From positions 1 to 16,950 of the forward strand of contig CAXTTL010000097.1 in the NCBI GenBank assembly GCA_964247135.1: 16,950 nucleotides of DNA. The letters are read 5' to 3'. This DNA is from an uncultured Deinococcales bacterium. Lineage in GTDB: Bacteria; Deinococcota; Deinococci; Deinococcales; JAAFIG01. Below the pieces are notes generated by a model. It searched no databases. It saw only the letters and a program-made list of their open reading frames with translations, and was not told the origin of the DNA. The position numbers and the translations under genes are program-made. Of the stretch, positions 7,834 to 15,009 are shown piece after piece (the stretch's first letter is position 1; every line of letters starts with the position of its first letter).

Positions 7834-8494
7834 TCGGAATCACCAGCACCGTTCCAGGCTGGAGCTTGCGGACATCCTCGAGTTTGTTCATGGCGGCAAT
7901 GCTGCGCCAAGCTTTGGTATCCCCAAGCGCACGGTGGGCAATCAGGCTTAACGTTTCGCCCTGTTGCACCGTCCAGATGCGCTCGCCGCCGTCACCCTGT
8001 GAGGTCGGATTAGTTGGCGGTTGGCTGGTTAAATCCCGAAGCTGCAACAATCCCACGGTCAGCTTTGCCCGTACTGGAATGCCGTCGCTTAAGAACATCG
8101 TAAAATTTTGCGAGACGCTTTGCACCACCGCCTCAAAATTCACGCCCTTGCCCCATTGAAACAGTATTTTACTTGGTCGCCCGACCTTGCTTTTGTTGTC
8201 TTTCAAACCGTCATCGACCATCATCAAATCCCAGATTTTTTTGGTGTGCTTGCGCACATCGCGGTCATCACCCGTTTTTTCGTAGGTGTCAAAGTACAAC
8301 TCGAGTTGCAAGGAGGCGGGTTCGCCGTTGGTGAACTTCATGGGCGGCACGTTTTTACCGCTGCTTTTGCCTTGCTCCCATTTGACGCTGCGCTGAATCG
8401 TGTACTCCTTGGGGTTGAACATGCAGTCAATGGAATTGTTTTTTTTCTGACCCTCAAGGATCGTGATTCTGGCTTTTTCGGGCGCTCCACTCAT
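7826..8494 (-). CDS. CIS tube initiator with C-terminal LysM domain (Afp7/Pvc7-like)
   Basis: CMFNPKEYTI, LQLELYFDTYE, FTMFLSDGIPVRAKL; LysM TVQQGETLSLIAHRALGD..WRSIAAMN...LQPGTVLVIP. Overlaps the spike start by 8 nt. Confidence 0.9.
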   Translation of the reverse strand: MSGAPEKARITILEGQKKNNSIDCMFNPKEYTIQRSVKWEQGKSSGKNVPPMKFTNGEPASLQLELYFDTYEKTGDDRDVRKHTKKIWDLMMVDDGLKDNKSKVGRPSKILFQWGKGVNFEAVVQSVSQNFTMFLSDGIPVRAKLTVGLLQLRDLTSQPPTNPTSQGDGGERIWTVQQGETLSLIAHRALGDTKAWRSIAAMNKLEDVRKLQPGTVLVIPNA

Positions 8495-8508
8495 GGTTGA
8501 CCTCCTTC

Positions 8509-11241
8509 TTATCCCTCTCGGCGGCGTTCGCTCGAGAGTCTGCGTTTGAGAATGTCATAGACTTGTTGCGCCAACAAATCCATGTCTTGCGCGGGCGGGT
8601 GCGGTTGACCGCCCGCAGCCCCTGGTGGCTGATTGTCGGGGTTGTCCGATGGTCGATCTGACTCGGCAAGTTGCACCGCCGAACTCGAGGAATCCGCAAC
8701 AGACGTCAATCCTGTGCTGGTGCTGCTCGAGCCGACAGAACTTGGGGCGATCACGGTCACAAAGTCCGAGGTGTTGGTGTTCAAATTTGGCATGGCTTCC
8801 CACGGGGCTGGCAGTCCATTCCAAGCATCGGTATTTCTTGTTGCATTGCTTGGCGCGGTCGGAGCGGTGCTGGTCTGCCGTGCACTTGCCGCCTCGAGCG
8901 GAATTCCTGGCACGAACATGCTGGCGGTATTGGTGACTCGAGCTTCGACGGCACGCGCTTGGGTTTCAAAAGATTCACCCGTAAAGTCTTGTTGATTGTT
9001 TGTATTTTGCAACATCGGCGGCACAAAATCGGGTTGCAAATTTTGCCCAACGTGCGTTAACTCGTGTGCCAGCAAGCCCAGACCCTCGGCTGATTGCTCA
9101 TCAAAACCATTGTTCAGGTAAACGTCTGTTGCGACCGTCGCGCCGTCGGCGTTCAAGCTCGAGGTGAATTCGCTGGCGCGAGGTCCGACAAAAACCCTGG
9201 CTTGATTGGGATCAAAACCAATCAGCGGCGCAAGGAAGGTGCGGGTGCTTTCGAGCAATTGAACGGGTTGCGTGCCTTGCTGCACGAACTCGCTGGCGGC
9301 TCGGGTTTGGGTTTGACCCAGTTGCTGCCCCACTTTTAAATCTGGCGAACTGGTATCTACTTCGCTCGAGGTTATGGTGGTTGGTGTCTCCGAATACCTT
9401 CGTGCGAGTCGCTGGGCAACATCTGAGATCGATTGGAATTTTGGCGCTGGCGTTTGTTCGGTTACATCGACTTCAACCTGCTGGGAAAACGCGTTGGTGC
9501 TGGGGTCAAAACGGGTTTGTTCAGTCCCGCCAAAACGCTGTTGCAACGATTTCATGCGCTCACTAAGGTTTTGCTTGGGTCGAACCACATTCTCTGGAGT
9601 TTGCGAAACTCGAACCTCGGGCGTTTGCGGTTTCGCAGTTTCCTCTCGAGGTTCGGTTGGTTTCTCGAGTCTTTCGGATTGATGTTTCCGTGGCGGTTTG
9701 GCGCGAATAATTTCAACCACGCCGCTTTGCGGGTCGCCTGGAATTGAACGTTGCCAATCGCTTTGTTCTGGCGTGGCGGGTAGCGCAGGGATTGACTCGC
9801 TTTGAGATTCGGTTCGTATTTCTCGAGCCACAGACTCTGGCTGTAATTCTCGAGGTGCAGCTTCTTGCGTCACGTCTCGAGTTGCAGCTTCTTGCGATAT
9901 CTCTCGAGCCTCAAATTCTTGTTGTGATTCCAGAGCCACAGGTTCTTGCTGTGATTCTCGAGCTAAAGATTTTTGTGGCGTCTCTCGGCTGACAGATTCT
10001 TGCAGTGGTTGACTGACTTCTTGAGATTCAATTTTTGCAATTTCAGAGGTTGTTTCTCGAGGTGCAACATCTGAACTTTGATTTTGGGCAACTCGAGTCT
10101 CCTCTACCGTCGCCTCTCGAGTCTCGATTTTGGGTGTCGATTGTTCCATGACTGATTCAAATCTCGAGGTTGGAACTTCGGCAGGTATAGGAAATTCAGC
10201 ACTGACCCGAGGCGTTTCAATTGCCTCCCGAGCGACCAATGCTGGTTCAGATGGAAGTTCAGTTTGCTGTTCCGAGCTTGCATTTTCGTTTGACTCGAGT
10301 GCGGGTGTCGTTTGATTTCCAGTCTCTCGTAAAACAGTTGGCTCGAGTGGGTTCTTAGATTTCGCTGCGGTTTTTTCTGCTTCAGCAGGAGCTTTGCTTG
10401 AGCTTGGCTCTATGGCTCGAGCTGGGGTCAAAGGTTGGTTTTGATTTGATTGTGGGTTCTGAATTTTTTCTGACCGCATCAATTGTTGTTCAACATTTGA
10501 ACTGTTTATATCTTGAATAGTTTGTGTTTCAATAGATGTAATCAACTCGGCGGCAACTTCGCTTTGTTCCAGAACTCGAACTTCTTCAGGATTGATGACT
10601 TGTGAAATCGCCTCTTCATCCATCTCAACTCGAGGTGTTACAACACCATCAGGCACAACATTTGCGGTACTCGCTCGAGGTGAAACGTCAGGGGGTGCCG
10701 TTTCACCCGAGCGCACGGACGGCGCGACAACAGGCTGAGATTCTGGTGTCGCAGAGGACTCGCGGCGTTCAAGGATTTCTTTGGTACGCGCAGGCTCAAG
10801 TTTGGGTGATGCTTGAAACGTTGGTTCAATCGGCTCCAAATCCTCGAGTTGAGGCAACACTTCAACCGTTGATTCTTGAGCCTCCAAGCTCGAGTCTGCT
10901 TGAGTCTCAAGACTCAAGGCGTTTGAGGCAACAATACTCGAGTCTGTGACCATTGTTTCGAGTATTGGCTCGGTCACTTCAAATGAACGTTCTGTTTCAA
11001 AAGCCAGCCCAGGATTTCTGACAGCTCGAGCATTTCGTGGTTGAACTTTTGCGTCCCTAGGGACTTGCACGGCTCGAGCACGGTTTGGTTCAATCTTTTT
11101 GGGGGTCAATCCAAGTGCCCTCAAACTGGGGGCGTCGGTCATTCGCCAGGTCAAGGCATGGTGTTTTGCAAACACGCTGCGCATAAAATCGCGGCGGGCT
11201 TCGAGGCGTTGTCTGATGCGATTGACGAGGGCGCTACTCAT
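8509..11241 (-). CDS. 910-aa CIS-associated protein: long E/S/T/P/Q-rich low-complexity region, DUF4157 (eCIS core)-like HExxH domain, and C-terminal helix
   Basis: Segment ~9030-9270 (TRTFLAPLIGFDPNQARVFVG..ASEFTSSLNADGATVATDVYL..GLLAHELTHVGQ) resembles DUF4157. It sits in-operon between the tube and LysM genes. Function is not determinable from sequence. Confidence 0.78.
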   Translation of the reverse strand: MSSALVNRIRQRLEARRDFMRSVFAKHHALTWRMTDAPSLRALGLTPKKIEPNRARAVQVPRDAKVQPRNARAVRNPGLAFETERSFEVTEPILETMVTDSSIVASNALSLETQADSSLEAQESTVEVLPQLEDLEPIEPTFQASPKLEPARTKEILERRESSATPESQPVVAPSVRSGETAPPDVSPRASTANVVPDGVVTPRVEMDEEAISQVINPEEVRVLEQSEVAAELITSIETQTIQDINSSNVEQQLMRSEKIQNPQSNQNQPLTPARAIEPSSSKAPAEAEKTAAKSKNPLEPTVLRETGNQTTPALESNENASSEQQTELPSEPALVAREAIETPRVSAEFPIPAEVPTSRFESVMEQSTPKIETREATVEETRVAQNQSSDVAPRETTSEIAKIESQEVSQPLQESVSRETPQKSLARESQQEPVALESQQEFEAREISQEAATRDVTQEAAPRELQPESVAREIRTESQSESIPALPATPEQSDWQRSIPGDPQSGVVEIIRAKPPRKHQSERLEKPTEPREETAKPQTPEVRVSQTPENVVRPKQNLSERMKSLQQRFGGTEQTRFDPSTNAFSQQVEVDVTEQTPAPKFQSISDVAQRLARRYSETPTTITSSEVDTSSPDLKVGQQLGQTQTRAASEFVQQGTQPVQLLESTRTFLAPLIGFDPNQARVFVGPRASEFTSSLNADGATVATDVYLNNGFDEQSAEGLGLLAHELTHVGQNLQPDFVPPMLQNTNNQQDFTGESFETQARAVEARVTNTASMFVPGIPLEAASARQTSTAPTAPSNATRNTDAWNGLPAPWEAMPNLNTNTSDFVTVIAPSSVGSSSTSTGLTSVADSSSSAVQLAESDRPSDNPDNQPPGAAGGQPHPPAQDMDLLAQQVYDILKRRLSSERRREG
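9814..10002 (-). repeat. Intragenic tandem repeat, 7 x 27 bp (9 aa; QExxARExx)
   Basis: CTCGAG or a variant at 9822, 9849, 9876, 9903, 9930 (CCAGAG), 9957 and 9984 (CTCGGC). Peptide QESVSRETP/QKSLARESQ/QEPVALESQ/QEFEAREIS/QEAATRDVT/QEAAPRELQ/PESVAREIR. Confidence 0.85.
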
Positions 11242-11257
11242 GGTTTCCTAAATTCAA

Positions 11258-11680
11258 TTACGAGGCGAGCTGCATTCCACGGTGGACAAATTCAAACGTT
11301 TCGATTGCCGAGGTATTGCCGCTGGCTTGATATTGCGCGCCAGTCCATTTGATTGGCACGGCTTCCAGGAAATTCCAGCGCTGTACAGGGTTGCCCTCCA
11401 GGTCATACATCACCACCGAAATATTTTTGCGCTCAATTTTGCCTTGCGAAACGTCCATCACCCATTTCAAAAAGTCTTGTGATTTGGTCATGCCCTGCTT
11501 CAGGGTGATGTTTCCAATTTTGCTGCGTCCAATAAATTTGTGAACGTATTCGTTGTTGCCACCTTCATTGAAATCTTCGGTGGTGACTTCAACCGACAAG
11601 CCACTGACTTCGGTAAAGACAGCCTCTTTTTTGCTGTCAATCTCGACGTAAAATCGGTTATTGCCGTACACTTCATCCAT
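11258..11680 (-). CDS. T4 gp19-like tail tube protein, second copy (Afp5-like)
   Basis: RFYVEID..FTEVSGL..EGGNN..NITLKQG..RKNISVVMYD..RWNFLEAVPIKWTG..AIETFEFVH. SD-like AAGGTG upstream. Confidence 0.93.
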   Translation of the reverse strand: MDEVYGNNRFYVEIDSKKEAVFTEVSGLSVEVTTEDFNEGGNNEYVHKFIGRSKIGNITLKQGMTKSQDFLKWVMDVSQGKIERKNISVVMYDLEGNPVQRWNFLEAVPIKWTGAQYQASGNTSAIETFEFVHRGMQLAS

Positions 11681-11686
11681 TGGGCT

Positions 11687-11833
11687 TCACCTTTGCTTTG
11701 ATCCAGACCGCCGTGTGTTCTGACCTCTGGCTTTTTGCAATCGAATATCCTCGAGCATCAGTTTGTAGACTTTTTGCGCCAGGGTTTCAACATCCACGGC
11801 ATTTGGTTTTGAAGCTGGGGCATCTTCAGGCAT
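11687..11833 (-). CDS. Unannotated 48-aa protein resembling the C-terminal helix of the 910-aa protein
   Basis: Manual translation: MPEDAPASKPNAVDVETLAQKVYKLMLEDIRLQKARGQNTRRSGSKQR*. AGGA lies 7 nt upstream. It fills the gap between neighbouring genes (3 nt and 6 nt spacers) and is below the ORF-track length cutoff. Confidence 0.8.
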   Translation of the reverse strand: MPEDAPASKPNAVDVETLAQKVYKLMLEDIRLQKARGQNTRRSGSKQR

Positions 11834-11836
11834 GGG

Positions 11837-12205
11837 TTATTCCTGTTCGGCTTTGGCTTGAGAGAGGTCGAGGGCGAAACGGGTCGCACAGTTGGGGCAC
11901 TGGGTTTCTATAATGTTACCCGAGTCGTTCACGCGCAAATACATGTCTTGAAGGTAGGAATAATCGCTGGCGAATAAGTCTTCTATGATTTCGGGAGTGA
12001 TCGTCGCCAACGTTCCGAGTTTGGTCACGACCCTGGCGAGCATCAGCAAACCCAAGTACAATTCGTTGGTTTTCACCCGTGCGTCGTTCAGTGGTTCGAT
12101 TTCGTCTCTGGCGGTGGCAAGCCGCATGGTGCCCTGGCGGTGCAAATTGCCTTCGGGATCAACGTAACCCCTGGGCAGTAAAAACTCGAATTCGGTTTGC
12201 AACAT
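11837..12205 (-). CDS. Conserved CIS protein, putative tail assembly chaperone with C-terminal CxxC, ~122 aa
   Basis: MLQTEFEFLLPRGYVDPEGNLHRQGTMRLATARDEI..IEDLFASDYSYLQDMY..CPNC. It lies directly after the major tube gene, the usual chaperone position. Start re-assigned to ATG12205 (AAGGT upstream). The chaperone role is inferred from synteny. Confidence 0.72.
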   Translation of the reverse strand: MLQTEFEFLLPRGYVDPEGNLHRQGTMRLATARDEIEPLNDARVKTNELYLGLLMLARVVTKLGTLATITPEIIEDLFASDYSYLQDMYLRVNDSGNIIETQCPNCATRFALDLSQAKAEQE

Positions 12206-12243
12206 GAAATACCTTGTCAATCAAGAAAACTCGCGCCATGATG

Positions 12244-12312
12244 CTCGAGAATTCGCCCCACAAAAACCTGTTTCTCTCTCGAGGAAAGTCGGTTCTTGCG
12301 GGGCTTCTCGAG
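12244..12312 (-). other. Long intergenic mRNA hairpin downstream of the major tube gene
   Basis: On the - strand GCCCCGCAAGAACC pairs with GGUUUUUGUGGGGC (14 bp, two G.U). It is extended by CUCGAGAA/UUCUCGAG at the base and capped by CUC-GAGA-GAG. Confidence 0.7.
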
Positions 12313-12317
12313 GTTGC

Positions 12318-12764
12318 TTATTTGGTGCGGGTCATGCCGGTGTGCTGAATCGTCAGGCTTTCAACCGAGATTTCGTTGGATTTGGCATCGAGTTGTGGGA
12401 AGCCGAGCTTGGATGGCCAAGCCTCTTTGATTTCCCAACGGGCGACTTCATTGTGCTCTTGGTCGTAAGCCACCAGCGAACCCGTCACCCTGGCTTCTTT
12501 GATTTTGCCCTCTTCGACTTTTTTAAACCAATCCCAAAGCGCCATGCTGTCGGTCAGACCGCGTTTTAACTCGAGCGCCGTGTGCTTAAAATTGCCTGGA
12601 ATGGCGCGTTGAATCACGAAACCTTTTTCGCCGACCTCTTTGGTCATGATGGTTTCGACCTCGCCGCCACCACCCGAGACGCTCTGAAACCAACCTTCTC
12701 GTCCTCCACCAAAATCAACACCAAACATTGCTGCATTGATTGGGTCTTTTGCGGTATCCGCCAT
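12318..12764 (-). CDS. T4 gp19-like major tail tube protein (Afp1-like)
   Basis: DP..AMFGVDF..FQSVSG..IPG..LELKRGLTDSMALWDW..GSLVAYD..ARWEIKEAWPSK..ISVESLTIQH. SD AAGGAG. Follows the sheath gene. Confidence 0.93.
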   Translation of the reverse strand: MADTAKDPINAAMFGVDFGGGREGWFQSVSGGGGEVETIMTKEVGEKGFVIQRAIPGNFKHTALELKRGLTDSMALWDWFKKVEEGKIKEARVTGSLVAYDQEHNEVARWEIKEAWPSKLGFPQLDAKSNEISVESLTIQHTGMTRTK

Positions 12765-12814
12765 AAACTGCTCCTTTCAAAAACTGCGCTTGATTTGTTC
12801 TCGAGAATTGCCGA

Positions 12815-14383
12815 TTAAACGTTGGTGCTTTCAGAATATTGTTGGAAACGGTAGATCACAAACTCGGCTGGTTTGACTGGCGCAATGCCAATTTCGACCA
12901 CCAATTGACCCCGATCTCGAACGTCTTGGGGGTTGAGTTCGGCGTCGCATTTGACAAAAAACGCCTGTGCAGTGGTCGTGCCAAACAATGCGCCGTCGCG
13001 CCAGGTGCCGGTCAAGAAGGCACGAATGTCGCGCTTGAGGCGCTCCCAAGTGTTGAGATCGTTCGGTTCAAACACGACCCATTGCGTGCCGCGTTCAATC
13101 GATTTTTCGACGTAATTGAACAGACGGCGCACGTTGATGTAACGCCATTGTGGGTCGCTCGAGAGGGTACGGGCGCCCCAGACGCGCACGCCCATGCCCG
13201 TAAAGCTGCGAATGCAGTTGATGCCGCTCGGATTGAGGGTGTCTTGTTCGCCTTTGGTGACTTGAATCACAGGTTCGAGCACACCACGGGCGATTTCGTT
13301 GGCTGGAGCTTTCCAGACGCCGCGCTCGGCATCGGTACGCGCCCAAACGCCCGCCATGTGACCGCTCGGTGGAATGGCAATCGGGCGTCCGGTGAGTGGA
13401 TCGTCGACCTTGACCCAAGGGTAATACAGCGCGGCGGCTTTGGAATCAAAGTTGGACTCGCGTTCGCGCCATTTTTTAACGTCTTGCGGTGATAAATCTG
13501 GCAGTGGGTCAAGGATTGCCATACGTCCACCGACGCGTTCGCAGTGGTTCATCATGGCAAGCTGCACGGCTTTGACGCCGTCCTTGTCGATCATGCCCTG
13601 CTGGTATGCCGCCATTAAATCTGGGGCGCAGAGCATGGTCACATCTTCGGCAACCTCGAGTCCTTCAAGACCAGAACGGTCTGAGACATCGCCGACGAAA
13701 TGGCTGGATTGCACCATCGGCATGGCGGTCATCTGGTTGGCTTTGATGACGTATGTGCCGACTTCTGGAGCACGTTCGGCGAGGCTGCCGGCGGTTTTTT
13801 CTTCAGTTATGGTAATGATCTGGCTGGCGGCGACGGCTTCGGCGAGCGGCTTGGATTTTGCGCCCTTGCCACCCTTGCCCAAAATCACGTTATCAAAGGT
13901 TTCTTCGCTGCCACCCATCTTGATCTTTAAAGTGAATGCGCCCTCGTCGCTGTCCTCGGCGGGTGGACGGGTCACTTCGACCTGAATGTCGCTCGAGGCT
14001 GAACCTTTGGCGGTGATGGTGATGCTCGGAATGGCTTTTGAAGCGCGGCTCGGAAGTTGTGCGCTGGCAGCAGCATCGTCCTTTTTGCCGCTGGTTGGCA
14101 CAACCCGGGTGACGTAACAACGTGTGCCGCCGTTGTTGAAATAACCGTAAATCGAGTGTGCCAGGTACGAGCCGCTCATGTAAGGATTGCGTTTTCCGCC
14201 CTCCTCGAGCGTGCCGAAAGTGTCGACGTACTGCGACCAACTGGTGATGAGCATTGGTTTGTTGGCGGGACCGCTCGGGGCGAAACCAACGAATGCCGCC
14301 ATTGCCGTGCCAACGCCCTCAATGGGACGCGGACCTGCATTGACCTCTTCAACGTAAATTCCTGGCGATAAATACTCGGGCAT
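12815..14383 (-). CDS. Contractile tail sheath protein (gp18 / Afp2-4-like)
   Basis: MPEYLSPGIYVEEV..RPIEGVGTAMAAFVG, YGYFNNGG.RCY, AALYYPW, PPSGHMAGVWARTD..RGVWKAPAN, LNPSGINCIRSF..VWGARTLS..WRYINVRR, VFEPND, GIAPVKPAEFV. SD AAGGAG at 14388-14393. Confidence 0.97.
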   Translation of the reverse strand: MPEYLSPGIYVEEVNAGPRPIEGVGTAMAAFVGFAPSGPANKPMLITSWSQYVDTFGTLEEGGKRNPYMSGSYLAHSIYGYFNNGGTRCYVTRVVPTSGKKDDAAASAQLPSRASKAIPSITITAKGSASSDIQVEVTRPPAEDSDEGAFTLKIKMGGSEETFDNVILGKGGKGAKSKPLAEAVAASQIITITEEKTAGSLAERAPEVGTYVIKANQMTAMPMVQSSHFVGDVSDRSGLEGLEVAEDVTMLCAPDLMAAYQQGMIDKDGVKAVQLAMMNHCERVGGRMAILDPLPDLSPQDVKKWRERESNFDSKAAALYYPWVKVDDPLTGRPIAIPPSGHMAGVWARTDAERGVWKAPANEIARGVLEPVIQVTKGEQDTLNPSGINCIRSFTGMGVRVWGARTLSSDPQWRYINVRRLFNYVEKSIERGTQWVVFEPNDLNTWERLKRDIRAFLTGTWRDGALFGTTTAQAFFVKCDAELNPQDVRDRGQLVVEIGIAPVKPAEFVIYRFQQYSESTNV

Positions 14384-15009
14384 ACGACTCCTTTCTCTCT
14401 TTCCTGCATGAATTGAAAATACAATTTTGGATATAAAATTCTAACCACTTTTGACTCGAGCTTGCAGCTCTCACCTGAAGAATTTGCGTTTCGTCACCTT
14501 GAAAAGTAAAAAATAGAAGATTTAAAGAACTGGTGTTTTTGATTCACAAAACAATGGCAACGCCAAAGGTTGCCAAACAACCATTTAGAATGTGAGACGA
14601 TTTCCCTACAGGCTCGAGTTTACACGAGAACACCAACAACCCCTCGAAATGTCAAACTTATTTCGTTTGGAACGCGCAATTTTTGGATTGTTAAAATTTG
14701 GGCTTTAAAACACGTCCTCGATTGATCCTGGTTAAATTGTTAACGAAAAATCCTGAGCCAGACGGCATTTTTGTTTTGTTAAACCCATTTTATACGTCAA
14801 ACGCATAAGATAGAGCCAGGACTTAAAACTCGAGTTGATTTGACCTGATTGACTTCAAAATTGACTTCAACCGCGCCTCTCGAGCAATTCCCAAACCTGA
14901 TCTGGTGCATTCAAAGCGACTAGACTGTTAAAGTGAAAACAAAAACGTTGCGCTTGAACCTGTCAATGTAAATACCGCATCACAAGCGGCGGCAAACAAG
15001 GGGTAGCAA
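14384..15009. promoter_or_regulatory. AT-rich divergent control region between the CIS operon and the kinase gene
   Basis: 626 bp with no ORF in the track, between divergent starts. Contains TGGCAAC-N7-GTTGCCA (14555-14575), TTATACGT-CAA-ACGCATAA (14790-14808) and direct repeat ATTGACTTCAA x2 (14848-14870). Exact promoters not located. Confidence 0.6.

Noticed and set aside
9814-10002. CRISPR array
   Set aside because: The 27-bp period has no unique spacers, is in-frame within a CDS, and no cas genes are present.
11687-11900. Programmed frameshift (lambda G/GT-like) joining the chaperone to the small ORF
   Set aside because: No clear slippery heptamer is visible near the chaperone 3' end, and the small ORF has its own ATG and SD-like AGGA.
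2131-14383. Prophage tail region or T6SS
   Set aside because: There are no capsid, portal, terminase or integrase genes, and no TssJ/L/M, TssK or ClpV. The single-chain sheath, two gp19 tubes, LysM initiator and DUF4157 fit an eCIS-type locus. Genes outside the window cannot be excluded.
14555-14575. Sigma-54 promoter (TGGCA...TTGC)
   Set aside because: GG-to-GC spacing is 14 nt rather than the required 10; it is better read as an inverted repeat.
14790-14808. Deinococcal RDRM (DdrO) box
   Set aside because: The palindrome is 19 bp, with 11 nt between TTAT and ATAA, whereas the RDRM is 17 bp.
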